A stretch of 63,170 nt of DNA, counting the filler, from Octopus bimaculoides (taxonomy: Eukaryota), in the NCBI RefSeq assembly GCF_001194135.2. It is 3 parts of 3 records of this genome, joined end to end, with 100 filler letters (N's around TTAATTAATTAA, not from the genome) between each part and the next. Parts side by side here need not be neighbours in the genome. Positions count along the whole stretch, not along the records: positions 10,362 to 38,962 come from NC_068986.1; 2 more parts are not named here. One strand, 5' to 3'. The number at the start of each line of letters is the position of its first letter. The stretch's first letter is position 1. The notes beneath the pieces were generated by a model. That model worked only from the letters and a program-made list of their open reading frames with translations, was not told the DNA's origin and did no database searches. Positions 24,243 through 37,962 of this stretch are shown here, piece by piece. The translations under genes and the position numbers were made by a program.

Positions 24243-24593
24243 CAATGGCCCAGTGGTTAGGGCAGTAGAATCGCGGTTTCGATTCCCAGACCGAGCGCTG
24301 TGAGTGTTTATTGAGGAAAAACACCTAAAGCTCCACGAGGCTCCGGCAGGGGATGGTGGCGAACCCTGCTATATTCTTTCACTACAACTTTCTCTCACTC
24401 TTACTTCCTGTTTCTGTTGTGCCTGTAATTCAAAGGGTCAGCCTTGTCACACTGTGTCACGCTTAGAACTATGTTAAGGGTACACGTGTCTGTGGAGTGC
24501 TCAGCCACTTGCACGTTAATTTCACGAGCAGGCTGTTCCGTTGGTCGGATCAACTGGAACCCTCGACGTCGTAAGCGACGGAGTGCCAACAAC
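24243..24593 (+). mobile_element. SINE family C: tRNA-derived head, (CAA)-type tail
   Basis: A-box TGGCCCAGTGG at 24246-24256, B-box GGTTTCGATTCCC at 24275-24287, ends gacggagtgccaacaac. RTE-type tail origin is inferred only. Confidence 0.7.
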
Positions 24594-25472
24594 CGTATCT
24601 CGGTTTTCAACCGTATCACGTATACTGAATAGCTTTTCTTGCCTTCGTATATATACATTTGGAAGCCTAATACTTATTCTATCGGTCCCTTTTACCACTA
24701 ACGATCAAATTAATACAAAATCTGTTATGTTAAAAATAAATGTAAAACTAAAAATGCAATATATAGATGTAAAGTTACATCTGAGGGAAATGAATTCTTT
24801 TACACCGGTGCGACTGCACTCATTTTCACCCCCCCCCCCAAAAAAAAACAGATAATCAGACTGGCTAATCACTTAAATTCATTTAGAGATAAAATTAAAA
24901 GATTCCGAACAAGTCTAAGTAGGTTAATCTGGTCTATTAAAGACAGAAACAAAGACTATACTATCAACTGTGAATTAATTTGTGCTGCAAAGACTTTCAG
25001 ACCAGGAACTAGTAAACGTGATCTATGTATAGAAGAATTTTACCAAAGTTTTAAATTTGAGGGTAATATAATAAATTCTGGATAAGAACAAGCTTTAAGA
25101 TGCTTGCATATGAGAAAAAATTACCTTTGCTCAATATAAATGAGATATAAATATGTAAACGACGAAACTTTTTTGAAATAAGACCATAAGGAATCAACGA
25201 CTGATTATCCAATCAACACTTGGAATTGAAGATTGTTCGCGCCTCAACGTACAACTCCACATCATTGAACACAAGAAAATCAACATAAAACTTTAACCAG
25301 TTAAATCTCAAAGGATATTAAAGTGAAGACTCTGAAGAAACTGCACCGGTATTATAGCAAGGTTGCAATTTCAACGGTTCCTAACTGATGTAGTCAAAAC
25401 ATATGTAGGTCTATCTGAGACTGTATTTATATATAAAAATGAACTAAAGGTAATGGTAATGCTACTTCCTTA

Positions 25473-25537
<65 letters not shown>

Positions 25538-25561
25538 GTTATTACATATACATACATACAT

Positions 25562-25595
<34 letters not shown>

Positions 25596-25757
25596 GTAGA
25601 GGCGTCNNNNNNNNNNNNNNNNNNNNNNNNNNNNNNNNNNNNNNNNNNNNNNNNNNNNNNNNNNNNNNNNNNNNNNNNNNNNNNNNNNNNNNNNNNNNNN
25701 NNNNNNNNNNNNNNNNNNNNNNNNNNNNNNNNNNNNNNNNNNNNNNNNNNNNNNNNN

Positions 25758-25801
<44 letters not shown>

Positions 25802-25825
25802 GTTATTACATATACATACATACAT

Positions 25826-25861
<36 letters not shown>

Positions 25862-25871
25862 GTAGAGGCGT

Positions 25872-25941
25872 CGCAGGCCTGGGCTATGTGGCAAAAAGAT
25901 TGCTTCCTAACCACATTTTTCTGAGTTTAGTCACACTGCGT
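25872..25941 (+). mobile_element. SINE family A head fragment
   Basis: ggctatgtggcaaaaagattgcttcctaaccaca...gagtttagtcacactgcgt aligns to 7887-7945. Confidence 0.6.
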
Positions 25942-25977
25942 ATATATATATATATATATATATACACAGACAGACAA

Positions 25978-26040
<63 letters not shown>

Positions 26041-26054
26041 CACACGCACATATA

Positions 26055-26604
26055 CAGGGTGGGCCATAATGATGGGACACGTTATAAATGCCAGCATCTT
26101 GGATTATAAACATGATACAGCGTACCAAATATATCTTTATATAATTGGTATACAGAAGTTCAAATATCTAAGGTTTTACTCTTTTTTTTTAGAGGTAGTT
26201 GGTGCTGGTGATCCTCATAATGTTGTGAACTCTAAAAGAAATTACATACATGGTCGAAACATACTTCATCAGGCAAGGAGCCATCGTTGGATAACAAAGA
26301 AGATTCCAACAGCATTTTGGAAAGCGACAGACACATTCCTGAAAAGTGATCCTGCGTGCTATTACAAACTTCGTGAGAGAGACGATACCGAGAAGGAAAA
26401 ATCACCAGGTCGCCGACGAACGTCTTGATATGAGAAAACGAGTTAGTGAATGTTCTTTTCGTGATGGTGACTATCTCCAAGAGGTAATATTCCAATCTTA
26501 GATAATAAGTTAAACTCCTGTATATCAGTTATGTAATAAATATATTTTGTCATTTTTATAATTCAAGATACTATCAGTTAAAATGTGTCCCATCATTGTG
26601 GCCC
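26055..26604 (+). mobile_element. Internally deleted Tc1/mariner-superfamily element (rosa/DD41D-like) with TIRs
   Basis: TA|cagggtgggccataatgatgggacac (26055-26080) vs gtgtcccatcattgtggccc (26585-26604), 19/20 match. Remnants MVETYF..GAIVG*QRRFQQHF...SPGRRRT (N-terminus) are fused to MRKRVSEC..RDGDYLQEVIFQS* (C-terminus). Confidence 0.75.
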
Positions 26605-27263
26605 GCGTTCGCCACCACAACCTCATATAGGCTTAGCAGCCCTTCGTGTTTGTTTTCATTGTCCTGTTTGTGTTACTAATTTTGACCCTCTGCAAATTCC
26701 CAAATTTTATTTAATTTACTTTGCGGGAGCAACTGCTTTATCGGAAGCGTATATTGTTGTTAAATGCTCGAAATACGAGACTAGAAAAACAGCCAACAAC
26801 TGATGAAGGGTCATTCTTTATATTGTTTGTTTTGTTTTCCGTTTGTGTCTTTCGTTGTTCGAAAGAATAGTTCATGTACTAGTGCTTTGTATTTTTTATT
26901 GTACACGTTTCGTGACGTCCTGTGCTCTCNNNNNNNNNNATATATATATATATATATATATATATACGTATAGATGTAAGTATGTACATATACGTATGTA
27001 TATATGCATATATATATTATTTATATTATATATATACATGTGTGTGTCTGTGTATGTGTATACATATGTATATATATGTATATATATGTATATATATACA
27101 TATAAAATATAAGCACATACATGTATATCGATATATATATGTATAGATGCACATATATATGTATATATACATATACATATATACACAGACACAAACACAC
27201 ACACACATATTATTTAGCAGAAGCAACAGAGTCACGCGTGAATTTCGAGCGTTAGCGCTTAAC

Positions 27264-27332
<69 letters not shown>

Positions 27333-28178
27333 TAAACATAGTTACACGTGTGTGCGTGTGTGTGCGTGCGCGTGCGTGCGTGTCTGCGAGTGTGTATATG
27401 CGAGTGTGTATATGCATGATTACGTATATATACATGGCTGTATGTAGATATATTCAGGTGCCCACTCGCACAACACCCTCACACAAAAATTACATATATA
27501 CATGATATTGAATCACTATTATTTTCATTTCAGAACAAACAAAAATTGCTTTGAGACCCTTTTTAGTAAAAAAAGAAAAAAGGGAAACCCTTTTATAACC
27601 GGAGGCTATCTGATCTTTGTATAACACTAAACGGGTCAAGAGGTTTAAAGTGAAAGGTCACTGAACAAATAGATAGCTTTAATGAATTGTAGATGGTTCT
27701 CGAAGTAAATCAAATATATAAAAGCCAAAACTATTATAGACTTTTAATTCATAAATTCGGTTTGACATTAAAACCAAGTAGACTGAGTTTTGGAGATGAA
27801 TCCATACAAACGTTATAGTGCTGTAAATATAAAACTTACATAGCTTAAATAAGAGAGTATATAAATGTCAATCTAAACAATGATAACAAATGCGTATACT
27901 TCAATGTTGGCTGGAGCGTATCCCTGCCATTCGCCTACCGGGTATTTGATATTTCACGATCGAAAAATTATATTATGTAGTTTTGATCTTTATTAAATAC
28001 ACGAGAGATGATTCCTCATTGATTGCAGCTTTGTTTATAATCTGATAATGCCGATTTACAAACATGGCGTGTAACACACACAAAATAGTTAGACACAACG
28101 AACCAGCGCAGGAGGTTCTACGTAAACATTCCAACTGCGAGTAATCGCAGTCAACTGTTACTCGTATAACACTATGTG

Positions 28179-28232
<54 letters not shown>

Positions 28233-28505
28233 TGTGTGTGTGTATTTGTGTGTGTGTGTGTATAGCATATATGTATGTGTGTGTGTTCGTGTCCTGCTCA
28301 CCAGTTTTTACAGGCCATCATATTTTACTGGTTATAACAGTGCAATATTTCCTTGTCACTAGTCTACACAAACCAGCATAGCCTGGCTTAATCCCCAACC
28401 TTTGACATATGACCCGGTCAGTGTAATGAGTTTTAACCTTCATGTGACCAGCATGAGGCCCTGTAAAAAAAACCATGAACTACCCATCTCCCTCTTCTAA
28501 GTCAT

Positions 28506-28590
<85 letters not shown>

Positions 28591-28624
28591 CACACAAACA
28601 CAACACACTCACGAGCACGGGCAT

Positions 28625-28812
28625 CTCTTTATCTTTTATCTTTTTACAGCTCACGTCATTGGATTGCGGCCATCCTCAGCACCACCTGGAAGGGTCTTGC
28701 CGAACAAATCGACCCTAGTACTTATTTTTTAAAAGTCTGATACTTCTATCGGTCTCTTACCCAAACCGCTAAGTTACTGGGGCTGACCATCAACAATTAT
28801 CAAGCTGTTGGA

Positions 28813-28850
<38 letters not shown>

Positions 28851-29008
28851 GTATACGACGGACTTCCGCTCTGTTTCCATCTACCAAATTCATTCACGAG
28901 GTATTAGTCAGTCCTGGGCAATAATAGAAAACAAGGTGCCTGTGCAGAGGAACTGAACTGAAACCACAAGACCGCAAAGTGAGCTTCTTCACCACACAGC
29001 CACGCTTG
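28625..29008 (-). mobile_element. SINE family A, diverged full length
   Basis: Reverse complement aligns end to end with 7884-8289. Confidence 0.8.
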
Positions 29009-29354
29009 CACACATATATCAATTAAAAACACACCGTACAATACTGAGGCAATGGGGCAGGTATAAATATCTCCATGGAATTGCCTTTAACAAGTAGCTA
29101 TCATCAAAATGCCTGGTAGTTTCTAATTATTCATGTCGGTAAACTGAGTAGTCTGTAATTAGGTGTCTTCCGCAGAGAAATAATGAAACATCATCAGTGA
29201 GTTAAGTATACACAAAATATGACCCAGTTTATCAACGCTATACTTATTCTTAGTTCACTCATCTATCTTTCTGCAACCAAAATTTCTACTTACATACCTA
29301 CCTACTTTCCCGTTTATTTATATAATCACCTATCTGCCTGCCCGTCTGTGTGTC

Positions 29355-29404
<50 letters not shown>

Positions 29405-30467
29405 TGTTTGACATCTCTCTCTTTACTCTCTCTCTCTCTCTATTTATCTCGCAAAAATATACATATGTATATATTTACACATACACACACAGACAGACAC
29501 AGACAGACAGACACAGACAGACACAGACAGACACAGACAGACAGACAGACAGACGGACAGACAGACATACAGACAGACAGAGACACACACACACACATAC
29601 ACACACATACGTGTGTGTGTGTGTTCTGTACTTTAGTAGAGTCATTTTGCTATTAAGACAATTTTACTTGTTATATTTGTTTCGTTTTACAATCAATTAG
29701 TTGACTAGCGAACTAACCAATTTATTAAGAAATCAATCGATTGAATGATCGTTTGATCAGTTAGTGAGTTAGTTTGTCAGATTCATTTCGTCGCCCTCAC
29801 TGACCTAATCAATAACTTGACCTCGTCTGCTCCTGGTCTGTCACAGGCGCAGAGTTTGGGTTTGTGGCTGCGTCAGACCGGAAGCGGTCGAGGGCAAGTC
29901 ATCGATGAGTTCAAAGACGGTGACAAAATAAATCCGAGAAACCAACTGATTGATTGATTAAACGAGTTTTCAAGGGATTGATTTCTTAATTGGTTAATTA
30001 CTTAACTTGTGAAGTTATAATTATAATACGAAATGTAACATGTGTATGTATATTATTTGCAAAACAACCTTCCATCTGTTTCAACAGACAGGCACACACA
30101 CACACACACACACACAACATATATATATATATANNNNNNNNNNNNNNNNNNNNNNNNNNNNNNNNNNNNNNNNNNNNNNNNNNNNNNNNNNNNNNNNNNN
30201 NNNNNNNNNNNNNNNNNNNNNNNNNNNNNNNNNNNNNNNNNNNNNNNNNNNNNNNNNNNNNNNNNNNNNNNNNNNNNNNNNNNNNNNNNNNNNNNNNNNN
30301 NNNNNNNNNNNNNNNNNNNNNNNNNNNNNNNNNNNNNNNNNNNNNNNNNNNNNNNNNNNNNNNNNNNNNNNNNNNNNNNNNNNNNNNNNNNNNNNNNNNN
30401 NNNNNNNNNNNNNNNNNNNNNNNNNNNNNNNNNNNNNNNNNNNNNNNNNNNNNNNNNNNNNNNNNNN

Positions 30468-30527
<60 letters not shown>

Positions 30528-31035
30528 CATTTAATCAAAGTATATTAGGGTATCACTTCCACCGTTGAAGTAGACCAGATATTCTTATTAAAGGATATTC
30601 CTTTATTTTTTCCTCTCTGAAGACGAGGTCGTGGGTTTTTATATGGAAATCTGTGTTTGGTGAGATATGCACCATATGCACAGCTATTCTAGAAACAGTT
30701 GCAAAGGACATTATGCACAATTTCTTATTATGATGCCTTTTGTCCTAACAACTCCATTGTAACAACTTTACAATTATGTTTGAATTATAAATTCCATGCT
30801 TTAAAGTGATACATGTCTTGTCTGCTCATTCTTTCTTTCTAATATATGTATTCGCGCAATGATGAACCACTTATAGCCATTCATTGCTAGGCATTTACAA
30901 CACAACTTTTGCTTTAGTTGCAGTTCGCTGTATTTACACCTATTTGTCTACAGCGTGAAATTTTATCCATGACAAAATGACTTTCATACATGTTCGAATA
31001 TGCTTCAAGCGTATTTGAATTGGTAACAAGTTTGC

Positions 31036-31083
<48 letters not shown>

Positions 31084-31723
31084 CACACACACATTTATAA
31101 CGAATCAGAGACGGAAGATGGAATATGCGAGAATTTTTATTAATCACAATAATTGTTTCGACACATCGATCCCTCATGGGTGGGACACTTAACAACTGCT
31201 TCAGGAGCATCCAGCGTTGCAGATGTGTTTCATTGGGTGATAAATACATACAACTTGTTAAAATAACAGTTCTGCAATGTATCTTCGCATTTCGTAGAAA
31301 GAAAAGCAGCAAAACAAAGGAAATATCTTCATTCATATAGATCATTCATATAGATCAAAAATAAAATCATAAGTGCAAACAAGAAACGAATACGCAATAC
31401 AGCAAGAAAAGTATTAAAAATAATAGTTAACAGATATGCATGCATACACGCCTTCGCGCAAGCTGCATGGCGCGTATACACTCGCTCATACAAGCATCCA
31501 CAAAAATATAAGTATACACACACGTATGATTTAGTGAACGCACGAACACAAAGCGAGTTAAATAGCTACTTGGTGTTTATAGGAATGGGGGGGGGGGCTT
31601 AAAGTTAAACTTAATTCATCCAGTAAAGTAAATTATGTTAACAGTTACTCAAATTCAGTTCCACTGCATTGTGCGATAGTACATTTATATGCGTGTAGGC
31701 ATCTTGGGAGTTTTTCAGAAATT

Positions 31724-32070
31724 CTATTAATGATTTTCTAATCGGTCCACAGAACAGACAGGGATTCCTGAGAGCAGAGTTGGAATCTCCTGGAAATGAT
31801 ATTGCATGGTTCTGCGTGCCTTACTATAGACCAAGTTCTGTTATACTTAATTTTATCTTCCTTCAGTCGACGTAAAAAATTGGCCAAGGATGTTGAATGG
31901 CTTCCATTGATTCTCTTGAATCTGGCGACATGGTTGCAATAATGATTCTTAAATGAATTAGCCATCTGCCTAATGTAAACATACTTGTGTGCACGATACA
32001 TTTATATACAAGATTTGTACTCATACAGAGGTTCATTTTGAGTTTTCTCTGCATGAGAATTTATCATATT
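31724..32070 (-). mobile_element. Penelope-like GIY-YIG fragment
   Basis: TNLVYKC..., YVYIRQMANSFKNHYCNHV..., WSIVRHAEP...QLCSQE. Nucleotide homologue of 6804-7165. Confidence 0.85.
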
Positions 32071-32205
32071 TGTATATATGGCAGTTCTGACTTCATTCTC
32101 CGACGTTGTTACCGTGTTAGCTATATCATAAGCATTTCTACTATTACAATTTGGTCGTATTTGGTGCTTCCATTGCGGTTTACATCTCCTTTGTTTATAT
32201 TTAGA

Positions 32206-32236
<31 letters not shown>

Positions 32237-32809
32237 ATGTATATATGTATGTATACATATATATATGTATATTCAAATATGAAATCTTCGTGTATGTGTG
32301 TTCGACTTTGTTTACATATATATATATAAAATATAAAATTCCATTATTATATATGCATATATATAGATGCATATATATATATATATATATATATATANNN
32401 NNNNNNNNNNNNNNNNNNNNNNNNNNNNNNNNNNNNNNNNNNNNNNNNNNNNNNNNNNNNNNNNNNNNNNNNNNNNNNNNNNNNNNNNNNNNNNNNNNNN
32501 NNNNNNNNNNNNNNNNNNNNNNNNNNNNNNNNNNNNNNNNNNNNNNNNNNNNNNNNNNNNNNNNNNNNNNNNNNNNNNNNNNNNNNNNNNNNNNNNNNNN
32601 NNNNNNNNNNNNNNNNNNNNNNNNNNNNNNNNNNNNNNNNNNNNNNNNNNNNNNNNNNNNNNNNNNNTATATATATATATATATATGTGTGTGATATATG
32701 AATATATGCACAAATATATATATATATAAACATACATAAACACACACACGCACACACACATACATTTTTTCGAGCTTGCTCAGACATTTTAACTTGCCCA
32801 CGCCATCCA

Positions 32810-33502
32810 TCTCAGTGCAGTATAAGTTGAGGGCGGTCTTCGAGGAGACATCCGGTGTTCCTGATTAGTTGATCTACATACGTTGGGTTGGGATGACATG
32901 TTCGAAAACAACCATGTTTTGGCATCCATAACAATTGGTGACATGTCAGGTCTTACTTAGCTCGCCAGCAATGTTCCGCAAAGCGCAAGCGGTGCAAACA
33001 GACAGAAGATCTCCATAGAACTGTTTCTTGGTGGGATGAGTTCTCTAAGATATGTTTAAGACTACTCATAATATTCGGGTGTAAGTTCCATCTAGCTTGG
33101 ATTCCAGATTTTCGGTAAGTATCCACGCTGTTGTGCCATATAACTCTACTGTTGCACGGAAAAAAATTTGACATGGTTGATTTGCAGATAACGTCCAGCT
33201 TGTTTAAAGTCGATTATGCTTTGGCTGTCCGAGTTTTTATACCTATTTTAGTTGAGGCTATCTCAGAGCCGAGGTACGTGAAATCATCAACTCGATTGAT
33301 GGAGCGTCTGCTGATGTTGATGATGGATCCTTGTTCATTTTGAGCAATGAATTTGGCATTATTATAATTAAAAAGTAGTCCCAAATCATGTGCATCTGAT
33401 TCTAGACGATGAAGTAATTGGGTGGTGTATGATATTGTGTCTGAGAGCAAAGCTAAATCATCAGTACAATCTACTGTTATTTTTTTAGCATTAACCTCAG
33501 AA

Positions 33503-33505
<3 letters not shown>
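32810..33505 (-). mobile_element. RTE-clade reverse transcriptase fragment (decayed)
   Basis: DCTDDLALLSD...LGLLFNYNNAKF...VDDFTYLGSEI...IKTRTAKA corresponds to the RT YADD-to-thumb region. Ends at a (CA)n tract. Confidence 0.85.
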
Positions 33506-33564
<59 letters not shown>

Positions 33565-34007
33565 CACATACACAGACACGCACGCACACTCACACACACG
33601 CACACACACATACACACGTAAAATATATATAGACGTGTGTGTGTATGTATGCACACTAAAAAATATCTATTCTAAGACCAAATAAGTAATCAAATCTATG
33701 ACGTTTCTTAATTTAAAGCATTTATCCCGCCAATGTCGACAAGCATTATTCTGTGATGTGTAAAAGGAGGTAACAAATTTGTGATGTTAATACCTTTTGT
33801 AGAAGCAACAGTAGAGTAATTGAAAAACTTTCAAACATCACATCATTGCTGAAGAAATTAATTTCTACTATAGAGGCTTTCGCTATTTTGGAAAAGAAGC
33901 TTACAACACTTAAATTTCCCAATCGGCTGCCCACCTAAGTTATATTTATACATATGCGCGTATATGTGCGTACATACATATATATGTATACACATATATA
34001 CACACAT

Positions 34008-34079
<72 letters not shown>

Positions 34080-35779
34080 TTATACATATATATATATAGA
34101 TATACACATATAAATATATATATATATTTATGTAGATATATGCATCTATACATCTATATATGTGTGTATCTAAANNNNNNNNNNNNNNNNNNNNNNNNNN
34201 NNNNNNNNNNNNNNNNNNNNNNNNNNNNNNNNNNNNNNNNNNNNNNNNNNNNNNNNNNNNNNNNNNNNNNNNNNNNNNNNNNNNNNNNNNNNNNNNNNNN
34301 NNNNNNNNNNNNNNNNNNNNNNNNNNNNNNNNNNNNNNNNNNNNNNNNNNNNNNNNNNNNNNNNNNNNNNNNNNNNNNNNNNNNNNNNNNNNNNNNNNNN
34401 NNNNNNNNNNNNNNNNNNNNNNNNNNNNNNNNNNNNNNNNNATATATATGTCGTTCACATATATATATAATATATTTATATATGCCTATACATATTTATG
34501 TACATACATACATACACACATATAAGCATACATACAAACTCACACAAGCATATATACATATATGAGTGCGCGTGTATGTATGCATGTATGTATGTACGTA
34601 CGTTTGTATATGTGTGTATGTGAGTGTGTATGTTTATGTTCATGTATGTACATGTCTGATATATATGCCGAGGTGAATATTTATAACTGTCAACGAAGAA
34701 CGCAGTCTAAAGAACGGTTACGTTTCAGTAAAATATTGCTGTTGGAAAGTTATTGCTGCCTTATTTAATACATTTAAAGAAACAATCTATCTTAGCACAA
34801 CTTCGGGCGGAGCTGTCTAGAATCGTTGAACCAAGGTGTTATAATCTATTGGGCTTGTCAATCAATTTGAGATATTTCCGTTATGCGATTTAAGACTCGG
34901 ATCAAGAAAACTAGCTCGTTTCCATAGATAACATTAGTTGTTGTTAAAGTGATTGATATTTGAGTGAATTTGTTATCTTTCTTTCACTGGTGGATTTTGC
35001 TTTGTGTTTGTCATTAATAGTTTTGATTCTGTTATTTTGTATTGGTGTATTTTTGCTTGTTTGTTTACGAACTTGCTCTGTTGTCGTTCACATAAAACCT
35101 CACATTTGTCTCAATTTTTTTTTATTAATTATATTTATTTTCTTTATCAGACATTTGCGGAGAATTTTTTCTATTATTTCTTTTTCTACTTCAAATTCGT
35201 TTTAAACGATGAGTAATTCAAGTAGTTCTTTTTTTAAAAAAGGAAATAAACAAATGAACTGATAATGTTTTTCACAGCGGTAATGTTGTTATATCTATTT
35301 GCAAAATCATTGCTTTCCTAAAGAAAATACAAATAAACGAAATAATAAAACATGAAAATGTATATATATACTAAATATATATCTTCTATCTATCTATCTA
35401 TCTACACACATCGACACACATACACGCACACACACAGACACACACAGACACACAGACACAGACACACACACACACACACACATACACACACACACACACA
35501 CACAGATATATATATAGTGCACCGAAATCATAGAATTTTGGGGACTGAAGATAAGAGGTTGCAGCATACATGACTTATCAAAGAAGTGAGACTGTTTGCA
35601 CTGAAACAAGATATCTTTCATACAATGTAAATATTGTAGGCCTTGAACAGATTTATAAATTTTAAAAATATATTTTACACATTTAATTACAGTCGGAATT
35701 AAATATGTAGCATAAAACATGGATTTAGGGATTCGTGAATGAGGCACACTGTTATATGCTTTTTTTAATAGTCTATCTC

Positions 35780-36790
35780 GGTGTTAAGTGCATCTGTTCC
35801 TGTCTATAGTCTTCTAATAATGTTTTGTGTATCAGTATTTAGCTATTCTAGCCATATAAGCACTCTCTTCATATCTTCGTTCTTCAGAGGAAGATTATTT
35901 CTGTCGAGGTGTTGAAATATATCGTTACTATTCTTAGTACCAACGTTATAATACTTTGTAGAATTTAGAATGACATGTCGTTGACCTATGTTTTGTAAGA
36001 TCATTCGTTCCTGTGGGTTTTGGCTAATGTAATTCCTTGTAAAGATTTCTTTTAATATATTTGATTCATTCCCAATTCTCATTATTCTCTGATTTAGCTT
36101 TTAGCTGTTGAATTAATATTTTTCATTTATCTTATGATTGTTTTGAGTTTTAAACCTCTTATTGCCACCCCAAATTGCGTTGTGTGGGCTGACATTTTGA
36201 TGTGGCTATTTTGGATTCCATGTATTCTTGCTAATCCATACTTTCGAGATTTATCTCGTACTGATAGATTTTTAGTTTTCTGTTTATTTCAACTCCTAAA
36301 TCTCTGATTACTACACATGCTGCGGTGGATATTATCAGATTGAAACCCGTTATATCTATTTCATTTATTTGCTCTGCGTTTCTAATATGTTCAGCTTATT
36401 TCATTAGGCCCTGCTTTTTTTTAAATGCTGTATGATAATTTGTTGGTTTGTATTAGTCTGTTTTTTTATTTGAATGAGCTGATTCCCTTCAAACATCTAT
36501 TTAATTTCGTCTGTCATGCTTTCTAAGTTACTACTTTCATTTATTGTGTTGGGAATACCCATTCTTCTCTGTTATTAATACTTAGCAAAATTTGGAGTTA
36601 TCTGTTCCTTGTTTACTGTTACTTTATCCTCATTAATTAGTAGTGTTGCCTTGCCTTAAAATTGTGTTATATTGTTATTTGAATTTATGTAATGTTATAT
36701 TGTGGAGTGGGCTGTACCAAGAATTTGGCTCTGTATATGTATTTCTGTAAACTCGCTATTTGCATTGTTTGTTCCTGTTTTAAAACAGTC
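35780..36790 (-). mobile_element. Highly decayed CR1/L2-like LINE RT region
   Basis: Only weak remnants by manual translation: SQILGT....HYINS (cf. GSVLGPLLF.IYIND) and IRDLGVEINRKLK (cf. KDLGV..D.KL). Confidence 0.4.
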
Positions 36791-37049
36791 ACTTTTGTTG
36801 TAGTGGGAGCTAGAACTTATCACAGTGGCAGTTGCACACGCAAAGGCGAATAAAATTTATACGCCTAACAAATTATTCAAATTCAAACTCAGACTTCACA
36901 AAATAAAACAAAACACACTATATGATTGTTTAACAAATATACAAAAACTCGAACATGAACATTTACTTTAAAACGTAGACACAATAATGAAAATGCCAAT
37001 TTAAGTTATGAAAACAGTCACGGTAGCACCATCAACAACAACTTAATTT

Positions 37050-37545
37050 TTACTACCCTTGATACTGAACGTAAGCTACACCTAGAATCTGTTGTGAGGC
37101 ATTCAGAGTCCTTAACCAGCAGGGCAATACAGTCCATGGAACTCACTTTATAGAGAAAAGTGGTGGGGAAGAGCGAGGAAATTCTTGGGAAACACTTTTC
37201 ATCAATGATAATCAACAGACTCGTCCATTATGGAGAACCTTCGGTTGAGAACTATGCATAACTTCCTGAATTACCTGCTGTGGCAGTGCTACCGGAGTGG
37301 AGGGGCATTGCTGCTAATTCGTGACAAACTCTACAGACGCGGGGATGCTTCAGAGGCGCCTGTCTGAAATGCATACAGAGCTATGTAAACAGTGTCCTAG
37401 TATTACTGGCTAGTGGAGTTTTGTTAAACAGCTGCTGTCGCGAATAGAACGGTTCCGACTATCAGCGGAGTCCATAGTGAAGATCACCTGCCACCTTTTT
37501 TGATTGGGAAGGACAACCAGCTTTTCCCCATTTGGTAGCTATGAC
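37050..37545 (+). mobile_element. Tx1/L1-clade C-terminal zf-RVT-like fragment (decayed)
   Basis: NYLLWQCYRSGGALLLIRDKLYRRG, then after a frameshift ACLKCIQS, resembles the zinc-binding domain downstream of L1/Tx1 RT. Confidence 0.55.
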
Positions 37546-37549
37546 GAAA

Positions 37550-37630
37550 GAGGCTGTGTGGTAGGGAATGTGTTGTGAGGTTGTGCGGTAGGAAATATGT
37601 TGTGAGGCTGTGCAGTAGGGAATATATTGT
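37550..37630. repeat. 27-bp tandem repeat, ~3 copies
   Basis: gtagggaatgtgttgtgaggttgtgcg / gtaggaaatatgttgtgaggctgtgca / gtagggaatatattg. Confidence 0.85.
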
Positions 37631-37767
37631 CCTCGCCTACTTGGATATCTTTCTTCTCACTTGTTATTCTGGTTGTTATTCTGTTTTGCACGTTACGGTC
37701 TTAGCTATGTTTGTACCTTATCTTTTGCACTCTTATTATTTTCCTTGAGTCCTTGTTATTGTTGCTA

Positions 37768-37771
37768 GTAA

Positions 37772-37844
<73 letters not shown>

Positions 37845-37962
37845 GAGTGAGAGAGCAGCGCATGCCATCAAAGTGACACTGGGGTAAAATATACGAATCC
37901 CAGTATACTCATCATGACTACCCGTCTGATAAGGGTACACTAGGCATATGCACCACAACCAG
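37768..37962 (-). mobile_element. 3' end of a non-LTR retroelement with (AAT)n tail
   Basis: A GC-richer ~115-bp unit ends abruptly in a pure AAT tract on the minus strand; clade not determined. Confidence 0.55.

Noticed and set aside
24243-24295. tRNA-like A and B boxes
   Set aside because: Box spacing is too short and there is no cloverleaf; this is a SINE head, not a tRNA gene.
25470-25870. Duplicated AAT/TA block ending cgtagaggcgtc on both sides of a gap
   Set aside because: Identical and gap-flanking, so most likely assembly redundancy.
37550-37630. Short regularly spaced repeats as a CRISPR-like array (also 3930-4110)
   Set aside because: Contiguous tandem units with no unique spacers, eukaryotic context and no cas genes.
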